A stretch of 64,000 nucleotides of DNA from the human T2T-CHM13v2.0 reference genome, Homo sapiens: contig CP068257.2 of NCBI GenBank assembly GCA_009914755.4, positions 37,344,001-37,408,000 on the forward strand. The letters are read 5' to 3'. A program made the translations under genes and the position numbers. The notes below the pieces were generated by a model. It did not search any database. It was given only the letters and a program-made list of their open reading frames with translations, and was not told the origin of the DNA. Positions 26,781 to 38,473 of the stretch are shown here, one piece after another; positions within the stretch are counted from its first letter, which is position 1, and each line of letters opens with the position of its first letter.

Positions 26781-28175
26781 CACTGAACTTCACATGAAAT
26801 TGGATACCCGGGATTAGAGACAGTAGAGGGTTTTGGTGAAATCAGATACACATTGCAAAGCAGCACACCGCGATAATTCAATTTGGATATACTGACATGG
26901 ACTGTATAAACAAGGAGAATGGAAGGCAAAAGGGTGATTCCAGGGAGGCTTCCTGGAGGAGGTGAGCTCTTCAAAGAGGTCATGTGCACAGGTAGAGGAA
27001 AGAAATAGAAAAAAAAAAAAAAAAGAGCACTAGAGCCAAGGACAGGAAGGATCACAACCATAGGGACAAGGATCCAAAACCATGAGGTTAGAACCTGAAG
27101 ACAAGGAACCAGACTCAAGGAAAAAGTTTCCTTCAAAGATAACGGCTGATGGGTGCAAGGAGGTATCGAGGGATAGAGGATGTCCAACCCCAAGCTATAA
27201 GCAAAAGTCCAACAACTGATATCTCTTGTTTGCAACCCATCTCAAAGCCACCAAGCCTTGTGTAAACATCACCCAGAGTGGCCAAGACACCAAGTGAGCA
27301 GAGCCTGGTGACATCTAGGATTTGCACATAGCAGGCGATGAATAAACCCATGCTGTCTGACTTCGGAACTTTGACCTCAAGTTCATCACCTCTAGTATTT
27401 GTGGATGAAGTCAATGATAGAGTTAGTTCTTGCTTGTTCATGAAGCGGATGGTGCATCATTCTAAGCAATGCATAACATATCTGTTTTTAAAATGTTTTT
27501 ATATGCATCTTGGATCACATTAAAATTACTTTGCATTTTGGACCATACAACAACTGATGGGGTTGGGAGTAGGGAGTGGACACTCCAGCCCTTCCTGCAC
27601 TGAAAGAATGGATGTGCAAGCCACATGCTCTAAGAGGGTGGAGGCATCCTCTTACCTAAATACTAGACTGGCATCAGCAGCTGCAATCCCCGATCTAGTT
27701 GCCTTGCTGGCAGTATCTCAACCAATTGTTTTAATTTGAGACTTCATAATGACAATCCAAAGCTCACTTGATTATGATTATCACTGAGGAAGGCATTATT
27801 CAGAGTGTAGCAAATAGATAATATAGCTTTATCTACACAGCATCGCTCAGAGTGCAGCAAGTAAATCATATGGCCTGATCTACACACACACAAACACACA
27901 CACATGAAGTCAGGAATATCTGACAGTGCAGTTCTAGTGTCCCCAAGCCTGTGATGGGTGTGCAAGATAGCGCCGTCCTGGGTCTGGCCCGATCCACGGG
28001 CGTTTGGATTCTGGGTTGGCTCATCCCCTGGGCTTTCTCTGCTTCTGTGGATCCCACTCCAGAGAGTGCTGGCATCGCCTCTTTCTTCAGGCTCTGAAGC
28101 CTCTTTCAATTCAGAACTTGAAATTCATTGCAGAGAACCCTCAGTCGTTTTGTCTGCAATCAAGTGACGGTGACT

Positions 28176-28612
28176 GCATTAGTCCCTGGGGCTGCCATAA
28201 CAAAGCACCACAAACGGGAGGCTTAAAACAACAGGAATTTATTCTCTCACCGTTCTGGAAACCAGAATTCTGAAATCAAGCTGTCGGCAGAGTTGGTTCT
28301 CTCGAAGGACTGGGAGGGAGAATCTGTTCCCTGCCTTGCCTTTAGATTCCGCTGCTTCCAGCAGTCCGTGGCTGTCACATGGCCTTCTCCCTCTGGAGTG
28401 TGTCTCTGTGTCTGTCCTCCTCTTCTTGTGATATCACGAGTCATATTGGAATAAGGGCCCACCAGACACCAGTATGATTTCATCTCAGCTAACTGCACTG
28501 GCAGTGACCTTATTTCCAAATAAAGCCAAATGCTGAAGCAGCAGGGGTTAGGACTTCAATGTGTCTCTCGCAGGGACACAATTGAACCCACAGCAGTCAA
28601 ATACATAGTCCT
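28176..28612 (-). mobile_element. MaLR LTR (MLT1-like), reverse orientation, near full length
   Basis: gcattagtccctggggctgccataacaaagcaccacaaacgggaggcttaaaacaacaggaatttattctctcaccgttctggaaaccagaattctgaaatcaagctgtcggcag...gggcccacc...ttatttccaaataaagccaaatgctgaagcagcaggggttaggacttcaatgtg. Confidence 0.65.
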
Positions 28613-29599
28613 TATTAACCATACATGTAGGTCTGCTTTCTGCTGTGTCTAACAGATGCGCTTTTCTGTCCGAGGTTGAAAATTAAGGCAGCTTCCTCCC
28701 TGCCAGGGTACCCCCTGCACAGGCCCCTGCCACAGCTGGTGGTTACTAGAAGTCTTTCATACTCTTCAGTCCTGTGACAATAATTTCGTGTTTCCATGCA
28801 CCCATATACAGACCCTAGCGCTTTTGGCAGGAAGAGAAGAATTTCTAAGTTGAGGCTGTTTAAAAGCGTCTCCCCAGTGAAGGGTCACCAGATTTAGCAA
28901 ATAAAAATACAGGACACCTAGTTAAATTTGGATTTCAGATAAACAATGAATAATTCTTCAGGATAAGCATGTCCCATGCAATATTTGGAACACATTTACA
29001 CTATAAAAATTACGAAAGTTCATGTTGCTGGGTGTCCTGTATTTCATCTGGCAAGCCTACACTGCCGGCACCAGAAAGTCCTTGAAGTGAGTCTCCTGAT
29101 CCTTCTCCACCCCCACCCTCAGTCCTGGCTCCATCTGCCCTAGAGGCTGAGGGCTTTCTATGTAACCCCCATGGAGACAGGGCATTATAAGATGCAAGGA
29201 TGTGAATGGAAAAAAATCACAAGATCTATACATCTGGAAAGGGGATCTTTATTTCTTCTAAAGGATTACAGCCTGCAGGGTGGCCATTCTGACAGGCCGG
29301 GAGACGCAGCCTCTGGCAGAAACAGCTGGCAGGCACCTGGAAGGAGGTGGTGTTGCAGCAGGAGCCTCATGCTGAATTGAGCTGGCCAAACATACATATT
29401 CAGGTTCCAGGAGGAGCTATGAATATTCACAAAGAGAGTCCTGAGCCGTGCCCACTGAACATGCACGTTACATGCGTCCCATGTTCACTTTGGGGTGGAG
29501 GCTTCACATTTAAAAGCATTACAATGAGTCCCTACACGTCAAAAGGTGAGGCAGGGACTCGAAGGCATACAAGTGTGCAGCTTCTATAATCAGCCTGAA

Positions 29600-31400
29600 C
29601 CAGGTCTATGGTTGGTGGTCTCTTACCAGGAGACTGAAATCAGCCTCTTGTCCAATCAAAGCTATAGTCACAGCTGTGGAACGGGGTCAGCCAGCGTCTG
29701 CAGGTGGATGAGCTGCAGTCGTTTGAATCTCGGGGCCGGTGCGTGTTTAGCTGCTGAAGAAAAAGAAGACGCTGTGGTGTGAGAGCAGAGTCCGTTCTCT
29801 AAGTGTAGAGTGCGCGGCTCGACCCTTACCTGGCGTGGCCTGAGGTGCTGCTTATAATTTGGTGTCTTATTGCCATAAGGAGTCTGTGCTGTCGGTCTCG
29901 TGTCTCTATTTTAGCATGACAGCCGATCATCGTCGTTTAAACCACAAAGGGGAGGGACTGTGATGAAGCGTGTCCGATCGCCCGTCCCCTCATGGCTGGG
30001 AGCTCAGCTTTCAGGTTTCTCTGGGGTCCCCTTGGCCAAGAGGGGGTCTGTTCAGTCACTTGGGGACTTCGGATTTTATTTTAGTTCTGAAAGAGTAGCA
30101 AATGGGGACCAACATGGAATTTGAAATGTATAGGAGGTAATTCCCAAAGTAAACCGCTCCGTGGACGTGATTCAGATCTGACTCCATGACAGTGCTGTCC
30201 CCTTCCCTGCCACCGTACTCCTCAAGGAGCTGGACGCGTCCTCGCAGGAGTGAGAGCTGCCTCGTCCACACCCACAAAGAAAGAACTCCACTCACATATT
30301 TCCCTGCAAATAAAGGGGCTCTGTATGTAATTAACTGACAAAAACGCGGGTGGAATTGCAGGTTTGGAAATAAAGTATAAGGCTCTATAACTCAGCCTGG
30401 CTCCGCACACACAAGCCGTCAACTGACACCTGAGCTGGACTGAAGCGGGAAGGGGGCTGGCCCCTGGTCAACACACACTGAACCCAGCGGCCAGTACACA
30501 TCCTGTTCAGCTGACATGGGCTCTGCAGAGAATTCCAGCTCCCTCTATTCCCCACCCCTCACACAGAAACCTCTTATCCAGTTTGAGAGAGGTGTGTGCA
30601 TGCATGTATGCACGTGCGTGTGCAGGCTTGTGTGCGTGCCTAATGAAAAGCAGCTTGTTCAGAGTTAGTCAAAGGCTTTGGGAATGAAACGCGGCTTTGA
30701 GCCCTTCCACAGCAGCTTTGAGGGGAGGCGTGTGTTGGTCAGAGCATGAAACCAGACGCCTGGAACACCGCCCAGCCAAACCCACCCGCAGCTCTGATGC
30801 AGGAGCTCGCACAGAGCATGACACGTTTCTCTGGGTTTGTTTTTTCTTTATCTACAAAGAAGTAGAAGGAGAAGGGAAAAGGATAGGAGTCCTAAAAGGC
30901 TTATTACTGCCCACGAGGGTCACTGGAATTGACTCAAGTCAGTGAAAGGCTTTGAAGATTAACGGGCCCATATAAATGTTAATTTGTTATGAGGTTTCTG
31001 CTAGGACGTTAAACAGAGCAGGGAAGACTTGCCTATAAAACACAGCATGCAGTCCTTGGTTATAATTAATGCCTATAAAGGTCTCTATATTGGATTCAGT
31101 CGAGGGCCTGGCAGGAGGGCAGTAAGGAGCCATTCCAGCTCCTTTTAGAGGCGAAAGTGGGGCTGTGGACGAATAGGTTCCTCAGAACAGTCACTGCCTG
31201 GGAAGCAAAACCACGGAATGAAAAGCTAGGGACAGTCCCCTAACGTGGGGGTGGGGCAATCAAAGGGAGCCGCCTTTGAAGAGCCCTGAGTCCCTTGAGG
31301 GGAAGGCGGCAACAAAGCGCCGCTTGTCCACCATCACCTGCAGCATGCTTTCCTTAATGAGGACGAGACCCAGGTGGCTCGGTCACTGCAGCTCCCTGGA
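29600..31400. promoter_or_regulatory. CpG-enriched non-repeat block, CpG-island-like in its densest 260 bp (29750-30010); candidate unmethylated regulatory element or unannotated promoter
   Basis: 29750-30010 has about 15 CpG in 260 bp at about 52% GC (o/e about 0.85). 30010-30440 has about 13 CpG and 30500-31400 about 30 CpG. TAAT-containing motifs (ttaatttgttatgagg, ggttataattaatgcctataaagg) occur around 30980-31090. Confidence 0.3.
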
Positions 31401-31876
31401 AGGGACCCTCAGGCCCCCAAACTGGCAAGTCCCCACCTTCCCGCAGACTCAGGATGCTTCTTGTGGGAAAGCACACCCACACTTACAGTGACAGCAGTCA
31501 CGCTGACCTCAAAAATCCTCCAGGAAAATCAAAATGACACCAATTCACAGGATGTTCCCCAAAGTCCTAGTTTCACAAACTGGAAAACAGCGCAACCCAG
31601 CTGTGGTCCAGAGGTCCTGGTGACCTGGCAGCGACAGAATCTTCTCAGGCTGCCTCTGTGCTGCCCTTCTGTGCTGGGATGCACCTGTTGGGGAAAGCTG
31701 GGGTTAGGAAACCCAGTGGGTGAACAGGGAGAACTCAAGAACCAGCGAAGAAAAGCAACAACAGGCATATTCACATTTTAAAATGCTTCAGGTGCAGTTT
31801 ACATACTCTGTAAAGGTTGGTAAAAGTTACACAAATTATGCAAATATCATGTGGCTCACCTACTGTCATGGACAAT

Positions 31877-32220
31877 ATTGTGCACCCCACAAAATTAATA
31901 TGTTGAAGCCGAACTCCCAGTCAGGGGTGACTGTATTTGGAAGCAGGGCCTTTAAAGAGGCGATTAAGTTAAGATGAGGCCGTTTGGTGGGCCTTAATCC
32001 AATCTGACTGGTGTCCTTATAGAAAGATACAGAGACCCCAGGATGCATACAGGAGGGGCCTCTGCAAGCTGAGGAGGGGACTCAGGAGAAAGCAAACCCA
32101 CGGGTGCTTTGACCTTGAACTTGTGACGTTGAGCTTCCAGAACTCTGAAAAATAAACTCCTGCTGTTTAAACCCCCAGTCTGTGGTCCTCTGCCATGACA
32201 GTCCCAACAAACCAATACAA
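31877..32220 (+). mobile_element. MaLR LTR (MLT1-like), near full length
   Basis: attgtgcaccccacaaaattaatatgttgaagccgaactcccagtcaggggtgactgtatttggaagcagggcctttaaagaggcgattaagttaagatgaggccgtttggtgggccttaatccaatctgactggtgtccttatagaaag...cttccagaactctgaaaaataaactcctgctgtttaaacccccagtctgtggtcctctgccatgacagtc. Confidence 0.7.
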
Positions 32221-35182
32221 AGACAATCAGAGAGCCAGAGGCCACGGGGCTCCTGCCGGTGTGGGTGCCTTAGGCAACACGCCCCATCCCTGGGGTCCTG
32301 GGCGCACCAAACCCACCCCTGGCTCCTGGATACCACCTCAGGACCACAGCTCCATTCATCCAGAGGCCAAGTGGGCAGCCTGAGGCAGTAAGAAGAACAC
32401 TCACTGGAATGAGCCGTTCAGGGCTTTGGGATCCCCTCCTCCAGGCAGCCTTCTCTGGCTGCAGCCACCCTCCTCTGAGCCAGGTACCCTGCACTACTCC
32501 TCCAGGCTCTCAAAGAACCCTGGAGTCCCACGTATCAGAGCACTTTCCACACCGTGTGCTGACTTCCCGGCTCCCAGAGCCCAGCCCTAGGAGATCCTTG
32601 TTCTGGGGCACGTTTCTGCCTTTCCTTATCCCTATCTTTCTCCTCCTCACTCAGCACCTGGCCCTCGATGAGCAGGGTTCTCATATTTAACAGCTGTCCA
32701 CTGGTCATGACACCTGGGTGCTGGAGGGAGCAGGAGCACGGGCACTGAAGCCTGCTGGGCGGGGGGTCCAGATGCTACTGAGCGGAGAAGGAAAGGTGTC
32801 TCGGCAGAGTGAACAGTGTGTGTGCCGGCCCAGAGGTGAGCCGCAGCAGCTGCGGTGGCTGGAGAAGTTCAGGAGGGTTGTGGAAAAAAGCAAGAGGAGG
32901 TGGGGAGGGCTTCAGAGGGGGCTGGAGAGGTTGGTAAGGGCTAGGCCACCAAGGACCCTATGAGCAGTTCAGGGCTTTGGGATCTACTGAGAAGGGAACA
33001 ACCCTAGGGGTTCTCTGCAGGTTGCAAGCCCTCTGGCCCCCCAGTGGCCAGGGGTCTTCAAATCCCATAACCCCCACCCATGGTATTCTGCCCCTAAGGA
33101 TGTCCACGGATGAGAAGATTGGCCTTCCAAGATTCTCCATCAACCCCTCAGCGAGGCTTCAGCAGCACTGAGCCCAGCAGAGACTTCTGTAGCACCCGAA
33201 AGCCTCCTTCTGTCTTGGGAGCCTCATCTGATCTGCTGTATCATGCGTCCCTGCCCTCTCCTCTCTGGGGCCTCTTTCCTTCCATCATCAGGGGAACTTG
33301 CTCCCCTGAAAGGAGAGGGCCAAGATGGGAACATTGTACTATGTCAGCAGCCAGACACACAGCCCGCTGAGCTCCAAACAAAAGAAGTCCCAGGACCCAG
33401 GCACCTTTGTCAAAAGACAGCCAATGTAGCCTCTGTTCCAGGAAGGCTCCAGCCTGTGGCCTGTGGGGGTGAAGACAAGCTCCTGCACAATCTGGCCCAT
33501 TGGATATAAAACATCTATTCGACTTCGGAGAGGGGAAAATATATCACATTGCTAAGATGTCCTTGGTTGCAGTGAATAGCCCAGGGAGAGGTGGAACAAT
33601 TCATTCCAGAGACCAGCATGAGTGAGGAAGTTGACAAGGACAACGTGGGGCTTTCCAAACAAAAGAAGGAAGAGGCCAAGATAAGGATTTGGTACATTTG
33701 GCCAACAAATGGAGGAAATAATCATTTCCAAACCATTCTTGAATGTGCATTTCATCCATATTTATAAGAATGCAAGCCTGCACACGCTTTCCACCCTGTG
33801 TCACCCCATCATGGGCAGGGACTTGGTTTACAGACTTTTATATTTGCAGATGGCATCTCTCGTGCACATACATTTTGCGTATACTTTGACATAAATAAAC
33901 CCGGTTTGGTTTTAAGAAATTTTAAACAAGTGATGTAAAAATATTGAAATAAGATGCTAAGGTTTATTTGGAGTTCTCCTAGGATGCTGAAGAGGTGGAA
34001 AGAATAATTTCCAGAATGAAATAATTCCTCAAACATGTTAGACATTATATCAACTCTAGCACAATGCTATGTATGCAGCAAGAGGGTGATAGTATCTGTG
34101 ATTGGCTGAATTAATTAATCAATCTTAGGCATTCAACAAATATTTATTAAACAGTTAAATGAATGGAGGCAAGGGATAGGATTGGTGCATTTAAGTTCAC
34201 ATGTTAACAAACCCCCATAATAAGCTTCAGCAGTTGTACAATTTGTTGTTGGCATCCTAAGTTCTGAAATGCAATATATTCTACATTTTCTCCCCCTTAT
34301 TTCCTCTCCCAAAGTTTCTAAAAAATGAAACAAAACATCCGTGTGCATGAGTGATCCCTGGCAACCTGCCATAGTCCACATTCCTTCTCTCTGAGACTCT
34401 CTCTGATATTCAGTTCTTGGCCTCCACTTGTCCCCAGATCATGTCCAGACGGCTGCAGGCTCCAAATGCCCAGAAGTCAGCTAATCCCAGGATCGGCAAC
34501 AAACCTTGGCTCTGGGCAGACCTCTTACCTTTTCAAGAGCTTTTTCATTGGGTCTTTGATTTTATTTCACCAACTCTGTGAGTCAGGACAGGCATGTTCT
34601 CGTATTCTCACTCTCTTTCATACAGACACATACATGCACAAACATGAACACTTACCCCACATGCTCATGCTCACCTCATCCAAGGAACCCAAGGCCCTGG
34701 CGTCCAGAGAATGAGAGCTCCCGGGGCTAGCTGCTGAGGGTCAAGGCCGAAACCAGCTCAAGATTTCCTTCCCCCACCAGTGCCGTCCCTGTCCCCATGC
34801 AGGGCAATGGTCCACCCATTCCCAAGAAAAGGCCTCCAACTCCCTTCGTCCAGTTCCCTGCCCCTGGGCCTGTCCTCATTCTCGCTCTGCTGAAGTTGAC
34901 ACAGGCCTCGCTCCTGTGCAGGGGTGGGACGCGGTGGGGGAGCTACATTTAGACAAGGAAAGGGCCCCCAGGCTTCTGAGTGCGCGTACACACAGACAGG
35001 CCTCTGGGACATATTCTGGATGGCTCTGGGCAGATGGCTGTGTTTCCTCTTTTTTCCAGAAAAAAATTCCAGACGACGCAATGATCACAAATGCCAATAT
35101 CCTAGTAATTGATAGGACTGGATCACACTATGTGAAAAGAAAAGGCGCCCCACAGGCTTTATATACATGTGCGCCGTGCACG

Positions 35183-35520
35183 CTCTCTCTGTCTCTAGCT
35201 CTGTCTCTGTGGACCTGTGTCAATGCTCTGTTGGTCTCTGTCTCTCTTTGTGTGCTTCTGTCTCTCTCTGTGTGCCTCTGTCTCTCTCTGTAGCTCTGTC
35301 TCTCTCTGCCTGTGTTCCCCTATGTCTCTGTCTGTCTCTGTCTCTCTCTGTAGCTCTGTCTCTCTCTGCCTGTGTTCCCCTATGTCTCTGTCTCTCTGTC
35401 TCTGTCTCTCTCTGCCTGTGTTCCCCTATGTCTCTGTCTCTCTGTCTCTGTCTCTCTCTGTCTCTGTCTCTCTGTGTGTCTCTCTGTCTCCCCTCTCCCT
35501 CTCTCTCTCTGTCTCTCACA
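35183..35520. repeat. CT-rich (TCTCTG-like) low-complexity tract containing a higher-order minisatellite of about 60 bp, roughly 3 units
   Basis: tctctctctgtagctctgtctctctctgcctgtgttcccctatgtctctgtct(g/c)tctctg is repeated at 35281-35340 and 35341-35400, with a partial third copy at 35401-35450. Both flanks are long ctctgtctct runs. Confidence 0.9.
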
Positions 35521-36047
35521 CACATATCCCTCACTGTGCGTCCAACTCAGCTCAAGCCCGTCTCCCTTGCACTTCCTATAAGCCCCTCTTGGAATGGCCT
35601 ACCCAGAAGGGGCACTCAAAAGTGGGGACGCATTAACTTTCAGAATATCTGACCTCGCCACATGACCTCAGCCGGACTCTGGGTCCAAGCAGGGAGTGGA
35701 AAATATCCCCAAGTGTAGCTGAGATGAGGCCTTGGAGTTAAGAGGTGAGCAGAGGAGAAGAAACCAGAGAAGAACATTAGAAAGAAGAGATTTGGAAAAC
35801 TTTCTTTCATTAAACAAATGCCCGCCATGGCCAAGCACCTTTTGTATGTGAGGTGCTGTTCTAGTCACCGGGCCTGCGGCAGGAAGGATGAGACAGCCCA
35901 CCCGCAGGAGGCTGACTGGAAGGGAACAGCCTCGGGAGACAGAGAAAGACAGGAATGAAGCGCTGGGCACAGCCAGCAGTAATACATGCAGCAGAAGAAT
36001 GAAGCAAGGTGAGGGAAGAAAGCGTAGGGGGTGCCTGCAAACTTAAG

Positions 36048-36432
36048 CAGTGAATTCATCCACCAGGGCTGCCATCACAAAGTCTGCAGACTGGGCGGCT
36101 TAAACAATACACATTTAGTTTTTCACACTTGTGGAGGCTACGAGTCTGAGATCAAGGTGCCGGCAAAGTTAGTTTCTCCTGAGGCCCCTCTCCTTGGCTT
36201 GCAGGTGGCCTCTTTTCCTCGCCAGGTCTTCAAACGGTCTTCCCTCTGTGTGTGTCCTAATCTCTTCTTATAAGGACACCAGCCGGATTGGATTAGGGCC
36301 CACCCCATGACCTTCTTTTATCTTAATTACCTCTGGAAAGACCCTATCTCCAAATTCAGTCACATTCAGAGGTGCTGAGGTTTGAGGCTTCAGCCTATGG
36401 ATTTTGGGGGACACGATTCAGCCCATAACAGA
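36048..36432 (-). mobile_element. MaLR LTR (MLT1-like), reverse orientation, near full length
   Basis: cagggctgccatcacaaagtctgcagactgggcggcttaaacaatacacatttagtttttcacacttgtggaggctacgagtctgagatcaaggtgccggc...ttcttataaggacaccagccggattggattagggcccacccc...ttttgggggacacgattcagcccataaca. Confidence 0.7.
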
Positions 36433-38224
36433 TGTGGTGCAAGCTGGACACCCTCTGTGTGGACCCGCAGACCCACCCTTCCTGCTTTTCTTCTCTGCCC
36501 TTTGCCCCAGGACACCGACCTACAAAATGCATTTATGACTCCCTGCCTCCCAGCCCCATGAAGCGGGAGCACATGAAGACATGCCAAGGAGGGAGGAGGG
36601 TGTTTATCCCCGGCCCCTCCCTGCTTGCTTGCTTCAGGCAGGCAGCATCTCTCTACCCTGAGGCAACAGCACCTGTTAGGAGATGCACCTGCTCCATCCA
36701 GCTCTCTCCCCAGGTTCTGCTGATGATAATTGCTGCCTCCCCTTGGCCCTTCAGACAGAGCACTGGTAAGTTCTCCCCACTGTCTCTAGACCTGGGGTGT
36801 TGCAACAACCTAAACCCTGCCCCCAGCTTTGTAATAGTACCTTTCCTAAATTCTACTCTTAAATTGCCACATCTTAGTGGGCCATCCGACCAATACAGGG
36901 GGATCAGGCAGGAAGAATCAGAGAAAGAAAAAGGAAATCAAGAAAAAATGGTGTCCCAGAAGCCAAGATCATTTCAAGAAGTGGGGCATGATCTTGTGAT
37001 AAGAGTTGCAGAGGTTAAGAACTTGAAGAGAGGCCATGCATGTAGGAAGATGTGGGGGGCCCAAGCAACCCCAGTGGTTGGGGCAGTGGAAGGCAGGATG
37101 CTCATCAAAGCAAAATAAACTTAGTTAAGGAGAAGTAGGGGCAGATTTCATAGTCAGAAAACACACAACAACCTTATCCATGCCACAGTCCACATTCAAC
37201 AAGCACTTGTTGCCTTGAAGCCCTCATGACTCCCCAGTCCTGCGTGCAGGACACCCATGAATGTGTGTGCATGTGTGTTGTGTGTGTGTGCATGCGTATA
37301 TGGACACATACACAGACAAGTGAATGACCTGTGATATGGGGTTTTATTCAATTACTGTATATAGTATACAGATATCTAACTCCCAGAATGCAAGGCTGAG
37401 CAATAAATATTAAATAACAATAAATATTAATCTAGCTTTGACAATAAAGCCTTATTTATGAAAGCCAAACCTCTCCAAAGATATGTTTTATATTACTCCT
37501 TAATTTATGACACAATCTTTATATTTTTGTTATTTTGGCACTAAAGCCCTTTCTTTTTTAATATACTTTATTTTTAAAGCAGTTTTAGGTTCGCAGCAAA
37601 ACCGAGCAAAAAGCACAGAAAGTTTCCATGTACTCCCTGTCCCCGCCACCCCACATAAGCCTCCCTCACGATCAGTATGCCACACCATAATGTCCAGTTT
37701 TAAAATATGCTGCAACCCATTTAAACAACCATAGAACGTTCCCAAAATCTTCCTGACAACAAACAGCATGAATACGTGCCTACTGGCCGGGAGTGAGAAC
37801 CAAGAGGTTGAAGACTTTCTTCCATATTGTTCTCAAAGCCAAGACTTAGGCCTACAGCAAACCTCCAGCCACCTCCCTCTGCCTTGGCCGTTATGTCTTG
37901 ATAACCACAGCTGTATACTTCAGCAGTTTCAACCACTTACTTCCCAAGCCTACAAAATCTCCCTTTTGCTCCAGTTGCAAGGGGGGAGGCATTGGCTAAA
38001 GCAAATCATAGTCTCTGTGGGTACACCTGGGAGGCAATGAAACGCAATAGCTGAATGCCCCCATCCCCACAGAGACAGAACTATAGTAGCCTGCCATTCA
38101 CTCACACTGCAGAAACATCTTTGTCTAAGCATAACTTCGTCCAGCCAGTTACAGGAACAAGTGGCTTCATCTCAAAGTAAAAGTTAAAAAGAAAAAAAAA
38201 TTAAAGGAAACTGGGATCTTTTGG

Positions 38225-38440
38225 CTCAACTAGCCAGTCTTGCATCTGGAACTAAAATCAGAGGCCAGCCTCAAAAATGGACAAAGGACTTGAACAGATG
38301 TCTCTCCAAAGAAGGCATACAGATGGCCCGTAAGGACCTGAAAAGACCTGCAACATCACTAACCATTAGGGAAATGCAAAGCAAAACCACCATTTACTAC
38401 CGCTTTTCAACCATCAGGATACCTAGTGGGTTTCTTTTTT
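38225..38440 (+). mobile_element. Old L1 (L1M-like) ORF2-region fragment, sense; left half of an element split by a younger L1
   Basis: ctcaaaaatggacaaaggacttgaacagatgtctctccaaagaaggcatacagatggcccgtaaggacctgaaaagacctgcaacatcactaaccattagggaaatgcaaagcaaaaccacca matches the L1 sense sequence aaatgggcaaaggacatgaacagacacttctcaaaagaagacat...atgctcaacatcactaatcattagagaaatgcaaatcaaaaccac. Confidence 0.75.
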
Positions 38441-38473
38441 TCCATTCCTTTCTTTAAAAAAAAAAAAAAAAAC

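Noticed and set aside
29813-29862. U1 snRNA-like motifs (cttacctggcg..., cttataatttggtg...)
   Set aside because: Only two short matches of 11-13 nt with the wrong spacing (about 25 nt versus about 120 nt in U1). No Sm site or stem-loops are evident. Probably chance.
26740-29990. Rare-cutter sites (PacI ttaattaa at about 26742, PmeI gtttaaac at about 29933, PvuI cgatcg at about 29962) suggesting vector or synthetic DNA
   Set aside because: These are isolated occurrences embedded in otherwise natural-looking sequence with no polylinker arrangement. They are coincidental.
28176-32220. Inverted pair of MaLR LTRs (28176-28612 minus, 31877-32220 plus) as a possible structured element or composite transposon
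   Set aside because: The two copies are individually highly diverged old LTRs of probably different MLT1 subfamilies, about 3.3 kb apart. Nothing indicates they were mobilised together. Such pairs are expected by chance at this repeat density.
35167-35652. ORFs of 161, 139 and 125 aa (Ser/Leu/Cys-rich) on the + strand and a 104-aa Arg/Asp/Glu-rich ORF on the - strand
   Set aside because: All lie inside the CT-rich polypyrimidine minisatellite. Open frames on both strands are the expected artefact of a low-complexity repeat.
36432-37118. 228-aa ORF, the longest non-repeat ORF in the track
   Set aside because: Its 5' end lies in a MaLR LTR (36048-36432 end region) and the rest is low-complexity Pro/Ser/Leu-rich sequence with no recognisable domain. 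There is no splice-site or Kozak support. It is most likely a chance ORF in noncoding DNA.
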